Part shown: in pieces, positions 33,568-43,459 of the stretch
How the letters are laid out: every line of letters begins with the position of its first letter
Position numbering within the stretch: the first letter of the stretch is position 1
Sequence record: NC_048048.2
DNA length: 64,000 bases
Strand: one strand, 5' to 3'
Notes under the pieces: generated by a model
The model's input: the letters and a program-made list of their open reading frames with translations, nothing else
Database searches by the model: none
What the model was told of the DNA's origin: nothing
Program-made: the position numbers and the translations under genes

Positions 33568-33990
33568 ATGAGCAGCGTGCTCGACGACCTGTTTGCGACC
33601 GACACCTCCGCTGAAGAAGACGGCGTCTGGGTGGACGTCACCCCGACCCTGAAGTTCAAGATTCGCGCCTATAGCGCCAAGGTCGTGGGCGACCTGCGCG
33701 AGAAGCTGATCAAGCCGTTCCAGTCGATGATCCGCGCCGGCGTGCCGATCCCCAACGACCAGAACGAGGACATCGCGCTGAAGGTCATCGCCGGCGCCGT
33801 CCTGGCCGACTGGCAGGGCCTGACCGCCAAGGGCGAGGACGGCAAGGACGTCGAGGTCCCGTACTCGGCCGCCACCGCCCTCGAATACCTCAAGCGCCTG
33901 CCCAAGCTGGCCAACTTCGTGGTCGGCATCGCCACCGACACGGCCTTCTACAAGGCCGAAGAACTGCGCGAGGACGGCGCAAAAAACTAG
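33568..33990 (+). CDS. Tail assembly chaperone (G)
   Basis: Between tube and tape measure; DDLFATD...EEDGVWV; ends in a slippery site. Confidence 0.85.
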   Translation: MSSVLDDLFATDTSAEEDGVWVDVTPTLKFKIRAYSAKVVGDLREKLIKPFQSMIRAGVPIPNDQNEDIALKVIAGAVLADWQGLTAKGEDGKDVEVPYSAATALEYLKRLPKLANFVVGIATDTAFYKAEELREDGAKN

Positions 33991-34391
33991 TCGCGGCGCT
34001 AGACGCCGCCTTGACCAAAAAGGCGGACAAGGTCTCCGCGTTCCTGGATGCTCTGAGGGCCGAGGGGGTCATTGACTCCCCGGCCTCGGAGGCTCCCCAA
34101 CAGGTCAACATCTACGATGACCTGATCTGGGCCTGGAACGCCTTCTGGCGTCTATCCGCCGCTCGCGACATCGGGTTCGACCGGCCCAACCGCATCAAGG
34201 TCTCTGAGGTCAAGGCCTACGCCGATCTCAAGCGCCTCAATCCGTACAAGGCCTCCGATCTCCTCTTCTACGTAGACGCCCTCGACGAACGCTGGATGGA
34301 GCACGCCGAGGACGCCCGGCTCAAGGCCGAGGAGGAGCGGAAGAAGAAGCAGAAAGACATCACACCAGCAAGGCCGCAGCAGAAGCGGTAA
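33981..34391 (+). CDS. -1 frameshift extension of the chaperone (GT product 33568..34391)
   Basis: A AAA AAC at 33981-33987 immediately before TAG; the -1 frame is open to 34391 and ends 6 nt before the tape measure ATG. Confidence 0.8.
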   Translation, partial: KKLVAALDAALTKKADKVSAFLDALRAEGVIDSPASEAPQQVNIYDDLIWAWNAFWRLSAARDIGFDRPNRIKVSEVKAYADLKRLNPYKASDLLFYVDALDERWMEHAEDARLKAEEERKKKQKDITPARPQQKR

Positions 34392-34397
34392 GGGACC

Positions 34398-37300
34398 ATG
34401 CAAGCCGAGGCTCTCCAGCTTACAGTCGACTCGAAGGGCGCCGTTGCCAACCTCGGCGCCCTTTCGCGTGCCTTGGACGGTGCTGGTCGCGCCTTTGACG
34501 GCTTCGAGCGCTCGGTCTCGGCCGACGCCAACAAGATCGACGCGGCCCTCCAGAAGTCGATGCGATCGGCTGAAAAGGCCGCCAAGGTCGCGCAGCTTCT
34601 GGGTCAGACCAAGATCAACGGCGGCTCGGCGAACGCCCTGAAGGATTTCGCCTCCGCGCTCGACAGCCTGGGCCGCGCGCGCACCTTCACCGACGCCAAG
34701 CTCAAGAGCCTCCAGGACTTCATCCGCCTGCTGCCGCAAATCCGTGCGCCGGGCGGTGTGGCCCAGCTTCAGCAGTTCATGACGGCGCTCAGCAGCGCCA
34801 AGGCGCCCTCGCAGGCGCAAATCCGCAACCTCTCCGAGTTCCTGAAGGTCCTGTCCTCGTACAAGGGCTCCTCGGCGACGCGCGGCGCCAATCAGATCAC
34901 CACCTTCCTCCAGGCGCTCGCCGGCGCCCAGGCCCCCAGCGCCGCGACCATCAAGCGCCTGGGCGACTTCCTCAACACGCTCTCCAACGCGCGCGGCATC
35001 CCCAACGCCTCCAAGATCGCCAACGACCTGATGATGGTCGCCAACGCCGCCCAGCGCGCCTCGGCGGCCTTTGGTACGCTGCCCAACAATCTGAAGGGCT
35101 TCTCCGCGCCCGCCAACGGCGCGAGCACGGCCGCCAGCAATCTGGCCCGCAACGCCGCCGCCGCCGGCAAGACGATCGCCGGCAGCGGCGCCCAGATCGC
35201 CAGCGCGCGCACCCACGTCAAGGGCCTGGGCGTGGACTTGGGCGGCCTGGGTGATCGCTTCAAGCTGTCCTACCAAGCCGGCACGGTGTTCTCGGCCCTG
35301 TTCTCGTCGTTCACGATCGGCCAGTTCATCAAGGGCATCTACGACGCCGGCATCGAGATGGCCAAGCTGCAAAAGGCCATGCTGTTCACCACCGGCTCGT
35401 TCGAAGGCGCCCAGAAGGCGACCGGCGAGTTCATGGGCATGGCGCAGGAACTGGGCCTGTCGATCGACAAGACCGCCGAATCGTTCGGTCGCTTCTCGAT
35501 CACCGCCAAGACCGCAGGTCTGACGGCGGATTCGTCCAAGAAGATTTTCTCTTCGGTGAGTAAGGCGCTGCAAGTCGTTGGTGCTTCCAATGAACAGACG
35601 CAGTATGCCTTCTACGGCCTGACGCAGATGATGCAAAAGGGCAAGGTCTCGTCCGAAGAATTCAACCGTCAGATCGGCGAACAACTTCCAGGTAACGCTG
35701 AAGCTGGTCGTCGTGCTTTGTCTAAGCTTGAAGGTCGTGCCGTTTCGATGGGCGAATTCTTCAAGAAGATGTCGCTCGGTTCGATCATGTCGGCCGACTT
35801 CGTCCCAGCCTGGGCCGAAGAGATCAACAAGATGTTCGATCCGCTGAACGCGATCGCCCAAAAGCGCCCCGACGTGGCGCTCAACCGCCTGGGCAACGCC
35901 TTCAAGCTGTTCTCGGCGACCGCCGCCAACGCCGGCTTCATGGGCGCGGCGGGCAAGTCGTTCGACGAACTGGCCAAGAAGATGGTCGTGACCAAGGACG
36001 GCGCGCTCGAACTGACGCCGGAGTTCCAGGCGCTGGCCGACCGCATCGGCACCAACCTGGGCAAGGCGGTCAAGACCGCCGGCGACTTCCTGAAGTTCCT
36101 GGCCGAGAACATCGACGGCGTCGTCAACGCCGCCAAGATTCTCCTCGCCATCAAGATCGGTTCGACCCTGGTGGGCTGGGGCCGTGACGCCGCCGACGCG
36201 GCGGGCGCCTTCAAGCTGCTGGCCGAAAAGATCGGCATGGCGACGGCGGCGGCTGCGGCCCAGCAGGAAGTCAAGGTCGGTACGGGCGTGGCGGCGACCA
36301 CCGCCGACATCATCGCATCTCGCGGTCGCGGCGCCGGTCGCGGTGCAACGGGCCGTCCGATGGGCTCTGGCATGATGGGTCCGGCGGGCTTTGCCGTCGA
36401 CGTGGCCACCAGCTTTGGTAAGCGCGCGCCTCAGGTCGCGACCAACGCTGGTCGTGTCGTCCAGGGCGCCGAAGGCCTCGCCGGCGTGACGGCGCGCGTG
36501 GGCGCCAATGCCGCCGCCGGTGCGGCGGGTCAGGGCATCCTGGGCGCGGGCGCCACGCGCGGCCTGACCGCCCTGGCAGGCCCGCTGCGTAACGTGCTGG
36601 GCCTGCTGTCCAATGCCCACCCGCTGCTGAAGGCCATCTATGTGGCGGTCATGGCCGCCGGCGCGGCCTGGGCGATCTTCGGCAACCGCATGACCGAAAT
36701 CCAGGGCAAGCAGGTCAAGGTCAACGACATCCTGGGCGCGAGCTTCAAGATTCTGGGCAACAACCTCAAGCAAGGTTGGATGGACGGCATCGGCAAGAAC
36801 TTCCAGAACTTCAACAAGTGGCTCGACGAGGCCGCCAAGGGCAGCGGCGGCTTCGTCACGCAGATCGCCACGGGTCTCGTCTGGCTGGGCGAGTTCGTCG
36901 GCAAGCTGGGCCAGCAGATGGCCTATGATCTGGTCAAGCCGTTCAAGCAGGTCATGGCCGCTATCGAGGCCTGGAAGAAGACCGGCAAGGTGAGCGACGC
37001 CATCGCCGCCGCCGACAAGTACAACAAGCCCGGCGCGCAACCGCTGGGCCAGATGCGCTCGTGGAAGGACATCCAGGCCGAGGTCGAGAAGACCGCGATC
37101 AAGACCTTAGAGGATCGCAAGAACGCTGGCGTCAACACCGCCAAGAGCCCGGCCGAACTCGCCGCCGAGGCCGCCCTGCAACGCCAGAACGCCCAGAACG
37201 CGGCGGCCGAAGCCCAAGGGCGCGCCGAGCAACTGCGCGACATCCTCTCGCCGGTCAAGACCCCCACGATCGAGGAACTCCAGAAGTCTTTCGTCGATCT

Positions 37301-40300
37301 GGCGGCTGCCGCCAACAAGGCCACCGACAACGTGTCGGCCATGGGCGCGGGCGTGGCCACCGCTTCACTGATGGGCGGCGACGCCAAGGACCAGTCCTAC
37401 AACCTGATCAAGCAGTTCGAGGGCTATCGCGAGAAGGCCTACCTGGACACCGGTCGTGTCCGGGCGTGGCGCGCGGGCTTTGGTTCGGACACCTGGACCG
37501 ACATGAAGGGTGGCGTCCATACCGTCACCAAGGACAGCAAGGTCGGCGGCACCGAAGCCTCGCTCGACTTGAAGCGTCGCATCGGCATTTTCCAGGACAG
37601 CGCCGCCAAGACGGCGGGTCAGGCCAACTGGGACCGTCTGGCGGACTCGACCAAGGCCGCCCTGACCTCGATCACCTACAACTACGGCTCGCTGCCAAAG
37701 CGCCTGCTGGCTGCCGTCAAGACCGGCGACAACGCCAAGATCGCCACGGCGGTCGAAGGTCTGGCCGGCGACAACAACGGCATCAACCGCAAGCGCCGCA
37801 TGCAGGAAGCCGCGCTGATCCGCAACGGCAAGGTCCAGGCCGTGTCGGCGACCGACGTCGAGGACTTGGCCGAGAAGTACAACAACGCGCGCGGCACTTG
37901 GGAAGGCCTTGCCGCATCGCTGAACCCCGGCGCGGCGGCCGTCTCCGACCTCAACAAGTTCATCCTGACCCTGGAGGACCTGCGCAAGAAGCAGGAGGAC
38001 TTCAACAAGGTCAAGCCGGGCGCGCCCCAGATCGTCGACACCAAGGTGCTCGACGCCCTGATCGCGCGCAAGAAGCAGGAGGTCGAGGACCTGACCAACC
38101 CGCTGGGCAAGGACAATCGGGACGCCGAAAAGGCGCTCGAAATCGATCGTCTGCGCGCCAACGGCATGGAAGACATGGCCTCGTGGCAGGAGAAGCTGAA
38201 CAAGCTTCAGGACCAGGGCTACGACCTGACGACCATGAATCTGGATGCCGAGAAGCAACGCTTCCTCCAGGTCCAGAACGCCAACCGCGTGCTCGAAGCC
38301 CAGGTCTCGCTGGCTGGCAAGCTGCGCGACATCGAAGCCCAGCGTATCGCCCGCACCGGCAACGGTTTCCAAGCCGCCGAGGCCAACGCCGTCGCCGGTC
38401 TGGGCATCGGCAAGGAAACGCTCGACCAGACGCGCAACCGTCTCAAGCAGCAAGGCACCTACGATCCGCTGGTCCAGGGCATCCAGGCCCAGGAAAGCGA
38501 GCGCCGCTCGGCCGCGATGCAGAGCGCCCGCGACCAGTTCTCCGAAATGCGCGCCACGGCGGGCCTGTCGGACAAGGACAAGCGCTACCGCGAAGCCTAC
38601 AAGTCCTACCTCAAGGACCTGACCGGCTCGCAGGCCGACGCCCTCTCGACCATCGAGCAGGCGGCGACCGAGGCCGAGCGCAAGATGGCCAAGGGCTACA
38701 CCGACCTCCTGCGTCAACTGGAAAACCCGCCGGGCTTCCAGCGCTGGGCTGCGGCGCTGCAACCGTTCGCCGATCGTCTCCAGGACATCAAGGCCAACTT
38801 CATGGACGGCCTGTCGGACGGCATCACCGCCGCCCTGACTGGTGACAAGTTCGACTGGCGCTCGATGCTGCATGGCATCTCCCAACAACTGGTCAAGGCC
38901 CAGGTCGATTCGATGCTGGGTAGCGTCGTCACGGCGATCACCGGCAAGCCTGCCGCGCTCAAGCCTGAGCAACAGGCCATGCTGGCTGCCCAGACCCAGA
39001 CCGACGCGGCCATGACCCAGGGTCAGGCGGCCCAACTGCAATACCAAGCCGCCCAGACCATTGCCCAGGCAGCGGCGGGCGGCGGCATCGGTGCGACCGC
39101 AGGCGCAGCGCCCGGCGGCGCGATCGGCGTCCTGGCCAGCGCCCAACGTCAAGCCGCCAGCCAAGTCGCCGGCGCGATCGGACAGGCCTCGGCCAATGGT
39201 CAGCAGGCCCTGGCCTCGGTGAGCAGCGTGCTCAACACCGCCCTGGCGCCGACGCCGTCCTATGGCGCGGCCAATGACAACATCGCCACGACCGGCGCCA
39301 TGGACGTGACCAACGCCGCCATGCAGGTGGCGCAGTCGCAGATGACGGTCTCGGCGACCTCGGTGTCGCTGAACGCCGCGCAGGTCAATGGCCTGGGCGG
39401 CGCCGGAGGCGGTCTTGCTGGCAGTGTGCTCAACACGGGCCTGGGCAGCATCAGCGGCGCGACGCCCGGCGGTGTTGCCGGCGGTGGCCTGGGCGGTCTT
39501 TTCAGCGGCATCGCGCAAGGTGCAGGCAGCATCTTCAGCAGCCTGACCGGCGGCGCCAACGCCCTGTCGAACATCACCAACAATGCCGTGTCGGTCGCCG
39601 ACAACGTCCTCAAGCCCCTGATCGTCGATAGCACCGGCGGCCCCGGCTTCCAGGCGGCGGGCTCGTTCATGTCCTCGTTGGGCAAGATCACCCCGCCCGG
39701 TGGCGCTGGCGGCATTGGCGGCCTGTTCTCCAGCCTCGGCAGCGGCATGAGCGGCCTGCTGCAAGGCGCGGGCAGCATCTTCAGCATGTTCGCCGGCCCG
39801 CTGCTGGGTCAGTTGACCAAGCCCAAGAACAAGTCCCAGAAGTTCAACACCGACAAGCCGCTCAACGGCATCATCGGCGAACGTCGCGCGGTGAACCTCG
39901 AAGGCCGCGCCGTCGGTCCCAAGCAGAACATCATCGGAACGATCCTGAGCATCGCCACGGACCTGTTCAACCCGGTCGGCGGCATCATGAGCGCTGCGGG
40001 TCTGGCCAGCGGCGCTGCGGGCGCGGCCGGCGGCGCGGGCGGCCTGATGAGCATGTTCGGTGGTGCGGGCGGCGCCGGTGGCGGTCTGGGCGGCATCATG
40101 AGCCTCTTTGGCGGCATGGGCGGTGCTGGCGGCGGCATGGGCATGCTCGGCGGAATGGGCGGCCTTGGAGGCCTGTTCGGCGGTATGTCGGGCCAAGCCG
40201 GCGGCCTGGGCGGTCTCTTCGGCGGCCTGTCTGGCCAGGGTGGCGGCCTGGGTGGTCTCTTCGGTGGCCTCTTTGGCGCGTTCGAGGAAGGCGGCATCGT

Positions 40301-40619
40301 CGGCGCTCCGGTCTCCTCGGTGATGGGCGCGGTCGATTTCCGCAACGCGCCCCATTACAAGGAAGGCACCGCCAACACCTCCGGCGGCATCCCCTCGATC
40401 CTGCATCCGAACGAGGCGGTGATCCCGCTGAGCCGTGGCCGCGCCGTCCCGGTCGAGATGAACGACAATGCTCGCGTTCAGCCGATCAACGTCAGTTCGA
40501 ACTTCACGATCGTCACCCCCGACCCCAACGGCTTCCGCCAGTCGGCCGGTTCGATGATCCGCGAGCAGAACAAGGCGCAAAAGCGCGCCGCGCGTCGCAA
40601 CCTGACCCCCGGCGGCTAA
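34398..40619 (+). CDS. Tape measure protein (2073 aa) with an embedded lysozyme domain
   Basis: Tape-measure motif AFYGLTQMMQKGKVSSEEFNRQIGEQLPG; IKQFEGYREKAYLD...ALTSITYNYG at ~37400-37830; C-terminal HYKEG...ILHPNEAVIPL. Confidence 0.95.
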   Translation: MQAEALQLTVDSKGAVANLGALSRALDGAGRAFDGFERSVSADANKIDAALQKSMRSAEKAAKVAQLLGQTKINGGSANALKDFASALDSLGRARTFTDAKLKSLQDFIRLLPQIRAPGGVAQLQQFMTALSSAKAPSQAQIRNLSEFLKVLSSYKGSSATRGANQITTFLQALAGAQAPSAATIKRLGDFLNTLSNARGIPNASKIANDLMMVANAAQRASAAFGTLPNNLKGFSAPANGASTAASNLARNAAAAGKTIAGSGAQIASARTHVKGLGVDLGGLGDRFKLSYQAGTVFSALFSSFTIGQFIKGIYDAGIEMAKLQKAMLFTTGSFEGAQKATGEFMGMAQELGLSIDKTAESFGRFSITAKTAGLTADSSKKIFSSVSKALQVVGASNEQTQYAFYGLTQMMQKGKVSSEEFNRQIGEQLPGNAEAGRRALSKLEGRAVSMGEFFKKMSLGSIMSADFVPAWAEEINKMFDPLNAIAQKRPDVALNRLGNAFKLFSATAANAGFMGAAGKSFDELAKKMVVTKDGALELTPEFQALADRIGTNLGKAVKTAGDFLKFLAENIDGVVNAAKILLAIKIGSTLVGWGRDAADAAGAFKLLAEKIGMATAAAAAQQEVKVGTGVAATTADIIASRGRGAGRGATGRPMGSGMMGPAGFAVDVATSFGKRAPQVATNAGRVVQGAEGLAGVTARVGANAAAGAAGQGILGAGATRGLTALAGPLRNVLGLLSNAHPLLKAIYVAVMAAGAAWAIFGNRMTEIQGKQVKVNDILGASFKILGNNLKQGWMDGIGKNFQNFNKWLDEAAKGSGGFVTQIATGLVWLGEFVGKLGQQMAYDLVKPFKQVMAAIEAWKKTGKVSDAIAAADKYNKPGAQPLGQMRSWKDIQAEVEKTAIKTLEDRKNAGVNTAKSPAELAAEAALQRQNAQNAAAEAQGRAEQLRDILSPVKTPTIEELQKSFVDLAAAANKATDNVSAMGAGVATASLMGGDAKDQSYNLIKQFEGYREKAYLDTGRVRAWRAGFGSDTWTDMKGGVHTVTKDSKVGGTEASLDLKRRIGIFQDSAAKTAGQANWDRLADSTKAALTSITYNYGSLPKRLLAAVKTGDNAKIATAVEGLAGDNNGINRKRRMQEAALIRNGKVQAVSATDVEDLAEKYNNARGTWEGLAASLNPGAAAVSDLNKFILTLEDLRKKQEDFNKVKPGAPQIVDTKVLDALIARKKQEVEDLTNPLGKDNRDAEKALEIDRLRANGMEDMASWQEKLNKLQDQGYDLTTMNLDAEKQRFLQVQNANRVLEAQVSLAGKLRDIEAQRIARTGNGFQAAEANAVAGLGIGKETLDQTRNRLKQQGTYDPLVQGIQAQESERRSAAMQSARDQFSEMRATAGLSDKDKRYREAYKSYLKDLTGSQADALSTIEQAATEAERKMAKGYTDLLRQLENPPGFQRWAAALQPFADRLQDIKANFMDGLSDGITAALTGDKFDWRSMLHGISQQLVKAQVDSMLGSVVTAITGKPAALKPEQQAMLAAQTQTDAAMTQGQAAQLQYQAAQTIAQAAAGGGIGATAGAAPGGAIGVLASAQRQAASQVAGAIGQASANGQQALASVSSVLNTALAPTPSYGAANDNIATTGAMDVTNAAMQVAQSQMTVSATSVSLNAAQVNGLGGAGGGLAGSVLNTGLGSISGATPGGVAGGGLGGLFSGIAQGAGSIFSSLTGGANALSNITNNAVSVADNVLKPLIVDSTGGPGFQAAGSFMSSLGKITPPGGAGGIGGLFSSLGSGMSGLLQGAGSIFSMFAGPLLGQLTKPKNKSQKFNTDKPLNGIIGERRAVNLEGRAVGPKQNIIGTILSIATDLFNPVGGIMSAAGLASGAAGAAGGAGGLMSMFGGAGGAGGGLGGIMSLFGGMGGAGGGMGMLGGMGGLGGLFGGMSGQAGGLGGLFGGLSGQGGGLGGLFGGLFGAFEEGGIVGAPVSSVMGAVDFRNAPHYKEGTANTSGGIPSILHPNEAVIPLSRGRAVPVEMNDNARVQPINVSSNFTIVTPDPNGFRQSAGSMIREQNKAQKRAARRNLTPGG

Positions 40620-40647
40620 GGCCGTCGGGCGTCACGCCCACTTTCTC

Positions 40648-40690
40648 GTGACGTAATTCTTGACCCATGTCGCTTTCCGTGACACTGAGG
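40648..40690 (+). promoter_or_regulatory. Promoter-like motif before the baseplate genes
   Basis: GTGAC-N7-TTGACC; the -10 element is weak. Confidence 0.45.
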
Positions 40691-40740
40691 TCGCATGCGC
40701 CATTAACCATGGCGCCCAAACCCTTGAAGCACATCCCCAC

Positions 40741-41391
40741 ATGCCTGTCTTCCACGAGGTCCTCTTCCCGGAGGATATTTCCTATACGAGCGGCGGCGGT
40801 CCCAAGTTCAAGACCACCGTCTTCATGTCCGATTCCGGCTACGAGCAGCGCAACATCGACTGGTCCAATTCGCGCGCCGAGTACGACGTCAGTCAGGGCA
40901 TCAAGAACCAGGACCAGATGGACGTCCTGACGGCCTTCTTCTACGCCCGTCGCGGCAAGGCCTACGGCTTCCGGTTCAAGGACTTCAACGACTACCGGAT
41001 CAAGCAGCAGGTGATCGGCGTCGGCGACGGCGTCAAGACCAAGTTCCAACTGATCAAGACCTACGTCAACGGCCAGTCCGAATCCGGCGAGACCTACACC
41101 TATACCCGCAAGATCACCAAGCCCGTGTGGGGTACGGTGGCCGGCGTGACCGTGGGCGTCGCTGTCAAGGTGTCGCCTGACGACTACGAGGTCGACTACA
41201 CCACCGGCGTCATCACCTTCTTCGATCCGCCCGGCGTCGGCGCCCAGGTCAAGGTGGGCTCGGCCCAGTTCCACGTGCCGGTCCGCTTCGATACCGACCA
41301 ACTCGACGCCACCCACGAGTTCTGGAACCACCAGACCTGGGGCTCCATCCCCCTGGTCGAAGTCCGCGACTGGACGGATGTCTTCGCATGA
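40741..41391 (+). CDS. Distal tail protein, DUF2460/GTA-like
   Basis: FHEVLFPEDISY...GGPKFKTTV...SGYEQRN...FHVPVRFDTD. Confidence 0.9.
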   Translation: MPVFHEVLFPEDISYTSGGGPKFKTTVFMSDSGYEQRNIDWSNSRAEYDVSQGIKNQDQMDVLTAFFYARRGKAYGFRFKDFNDYRIKQQVIGVGDGVKTKFQLIKTYVNGQSESGETYTYTRKITKPVWGTVAGVTVGVAVKVSPDDYEVDYTTGVITFFDPPGVGAQVKVGSAQFHVPVRFDTDQLDATHEFWNHQTWGSIPLVEVRDWTDVFA

Positions 41392-43037
41392 AGGACCTGA
41401 CCGACGCTCTGCGCGCCCACCTTCGGGGCGGCGTCACGACCATCTGCACCTGCATCGAGATCGTGCGCAAGGACAAGAAGTCCTTCCGCTTCACCGATCA
41501 CGATGAACCCCTGACGGTGGCCAACGCCATCTACGTGCCCTACGCCTCCTATGCGCGCACCTCGATCTCGACCTCGATCGAGAACGAGGTCGACGAGATG
41601 GAAATCCGGGGCATCCTGAACTCCAACTACATCGCGCGCGACGACGTGGCCGGCGGCCTTTTCGATCACGCCGACGTGCGCATCTTCGTGGTCAACTACG
41701 AAGACCCCGACTCGGGCACCTGCGTCCTTCGCACCGGCTGGATCGGCGAAGTGACCATGAACGAGGACAACACCTACGTCGCCGAAATCCGGGGCCTGTC
41801 GCAGGTCCTGACCTACCGTATCGGCGAGGCCTATTCGCCCGAGTGCCGGGCTGACCTGGGCGACAGCCGATGCAAGCTGGCGCTCAAGCCGCCGCGCTGG
41901 CAGCGCAACTATCGCTATGCCCAAGGCACGTCCGTCCTGGGCATGATCAATCCAGCCTCGCTCTACCTGAACCTGAATTTCGTCAATCCGTCGTTCGATC
42001 AGGAAGGCTATGTCGAACTGACGCGCGACGTCGAGGGCTGGACGACCTATGGCGATCCGAACGGTCGCTGGTCGATCCGCCAGGACCCCTTCTACAACAC
42101 GCCCGGCAAGGAGGGACACGCCCTCTTCGGCACCGACGATGGCAAGGACCGCGATCCGGTCAAGCACACCGTCGCCGACATCGGCATCTACCAGGACCTT
42201 GATCTGGTTGAGCAAGGGGTCGACGAATACGACCTCGATAGCGGGGAGTGCCGCCTTTACGCCACGCTCTACAGCGCCTGCGTCAACGGCACCGAGGCCG
42301 GCACGCGCTTTCGCATCTTTGCGCTCAACGAGTATGGCGGCCAAATCTCGCCGGCGGCGATCTACGACACCGGCCAGCGCAAGACCGCCGAGGACAAGTG
42401 GTTCCAGACCATCGTTCAGGACCTCCTGATCCCGCCCGGCACCCGCAAGCTGCGCTTTGATCTGTTCGCCCACAAGCGCCCGCGCTACGAAGAAGGCGCC
42501 GCCTTCGATACGATCACCGCCGCCATCAACATGCCCGGTGGCAACTACGGCTCGGCCGACCAGTTCGGCGACGTGGCGTTCCTGGCGCTGAACGACGGCG
42601 TGAGCGGAGACACCGAGCCGGCCTGGGGCAACCTCCTCAACACCACCTACACCGACGGCACCATCACCTGGAAGGCCGTCAAGTCCTGGAAGCGCACGAC
42701 CTATGTCGACAGCGCCTCCAACGGGGGTCGCAACATCATCCCGACCTACGTGCCCGAGGGCAACGGCTACTATGACGGTGGCCTGATCACCTGGGAGACC
42801 GGCAAGAACGCCGGCAAGTCCCAGGAGATCAAGTCCTGGAAGGACGGGGTGATCACCACCTTCCAGCGGCCATTCTACATGCCCAAGGAAGGTGACCGCA
42901 TGGTCATCCATCCAGGCTGCGACAAGCGTCGGGTGACCTGCAAGGAGAAGTTCGCCAACATCCTGAACTTCCGGGGTGAGCCCGACGTGCCCGGCCAGGA
43001 CAGCTACTACTCCACGCCTGACGCGCCGGTGGCCTAA
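41388..43037 (+). CDS. Baseplate hub protein, DUF2163/BR0599 GTA-like, with an inserted domain
   Basis: FRFTDHD, CRADLGDSRC and GCDKR...C..KFANILNFRGEP motifs; ~280-aa insert. Confidence 0.9.
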   Translation: MKDLTDALRAHLRGGVTTICTCIEIVRKDKKSFRFTDHDEPLTVANAIYVPYASYARTSISTSIENEVDEMEIRGILNSNYIARDDVAGGLFDHADVRIFVVNYEDPDSGTCVLRTGWIGEVTMNEDNTYVAEIRGLSQVLTYRIGEAYSPECRADLGDSRCKLALKPPRWQRNYRYAQGTSVLGMINPASLYLNLNFVNPSFDQEGYVELTRDVEGWTTYGDPNGRWSIRQDPFYNTPGKEGHALFGTDDGKDRDPVKHTVADIGIYQDLDLVEQGVDEYDLDSGECRLYATLYSACVNGTEAGTRFRIFALNEYGGQISPAAIYDTGQRKTAEDKWFQTIVQDLLIPPGTRKLRFDLFAHKRPRYEEGAAFDTITAAINMPGGNYGSADQFGDVAFLALNDGVSGDTEPAWGNLLNTTYTDGTITWKAVKSWKRTTYVDSASNGGRNIIPTYVPEGNGYYDGGLITWETGKNAGKSQEIKSWKDGVITTFQRPFYMPKEGDRMVIHPGCDKRRVTCKEKFANILNFRGEPDVPGQDSYYSTPDAPVA

Positions 43038-43459
43038 TGCGACGTCAGGAGATCATCGACGAAGCCCGTCGCTACGTGGCCGCCGGTACGCGCTGGCGTC
43101 CGCGAGGCCGCTCGATCAAGGCGGTCGACTGCATTGGCCTGATCTGCTGCGTGGGCGGCCATTTCGGCGTGCCCTACGAGGATATCGACGGCTATTCGCA
43201 AAACCCCGACGGGCGCTTTGTCGAGCACATCCGCAAGTTCATGATCTATCGCGAGCCTCAGACGGTCGTGCCCGGCTGCGCGGTGATCTTCAACGACAAC
43301 CACCAAGCTTGCCACATCGGCATCATCGGCGAGCGCTATGGCCAGCGCTCGCTGATCCACGCCTCCCTCGCCCACCGACAGGTCGTCGAGGAGGAATATG
43401 ACGGCCATTGGACGAGCCGCTTCCGTTGCGCGCTCGATTTCCCCGGAGTTGAAGACTAG
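43037..43459 (+). CDS. NlpC/P60 peptidoglycan peptidase
   Basis: GRS...DCIGLI catalytic Cys, HIGI, LIHA. Confidence 0.9.
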   Translation: MRRQEIIDEARRYVAAGTRWRPRGRSIKAVDCIGLICCVGGHFGVPYEDIDGYSQNPDGRFVEHIRKFMIYREPQTVVPGCAVIFNDNHQACHIGIIGERYGQRSLIHASLAHRQVVEEEYDGHWTSRFRCALDFPGVED

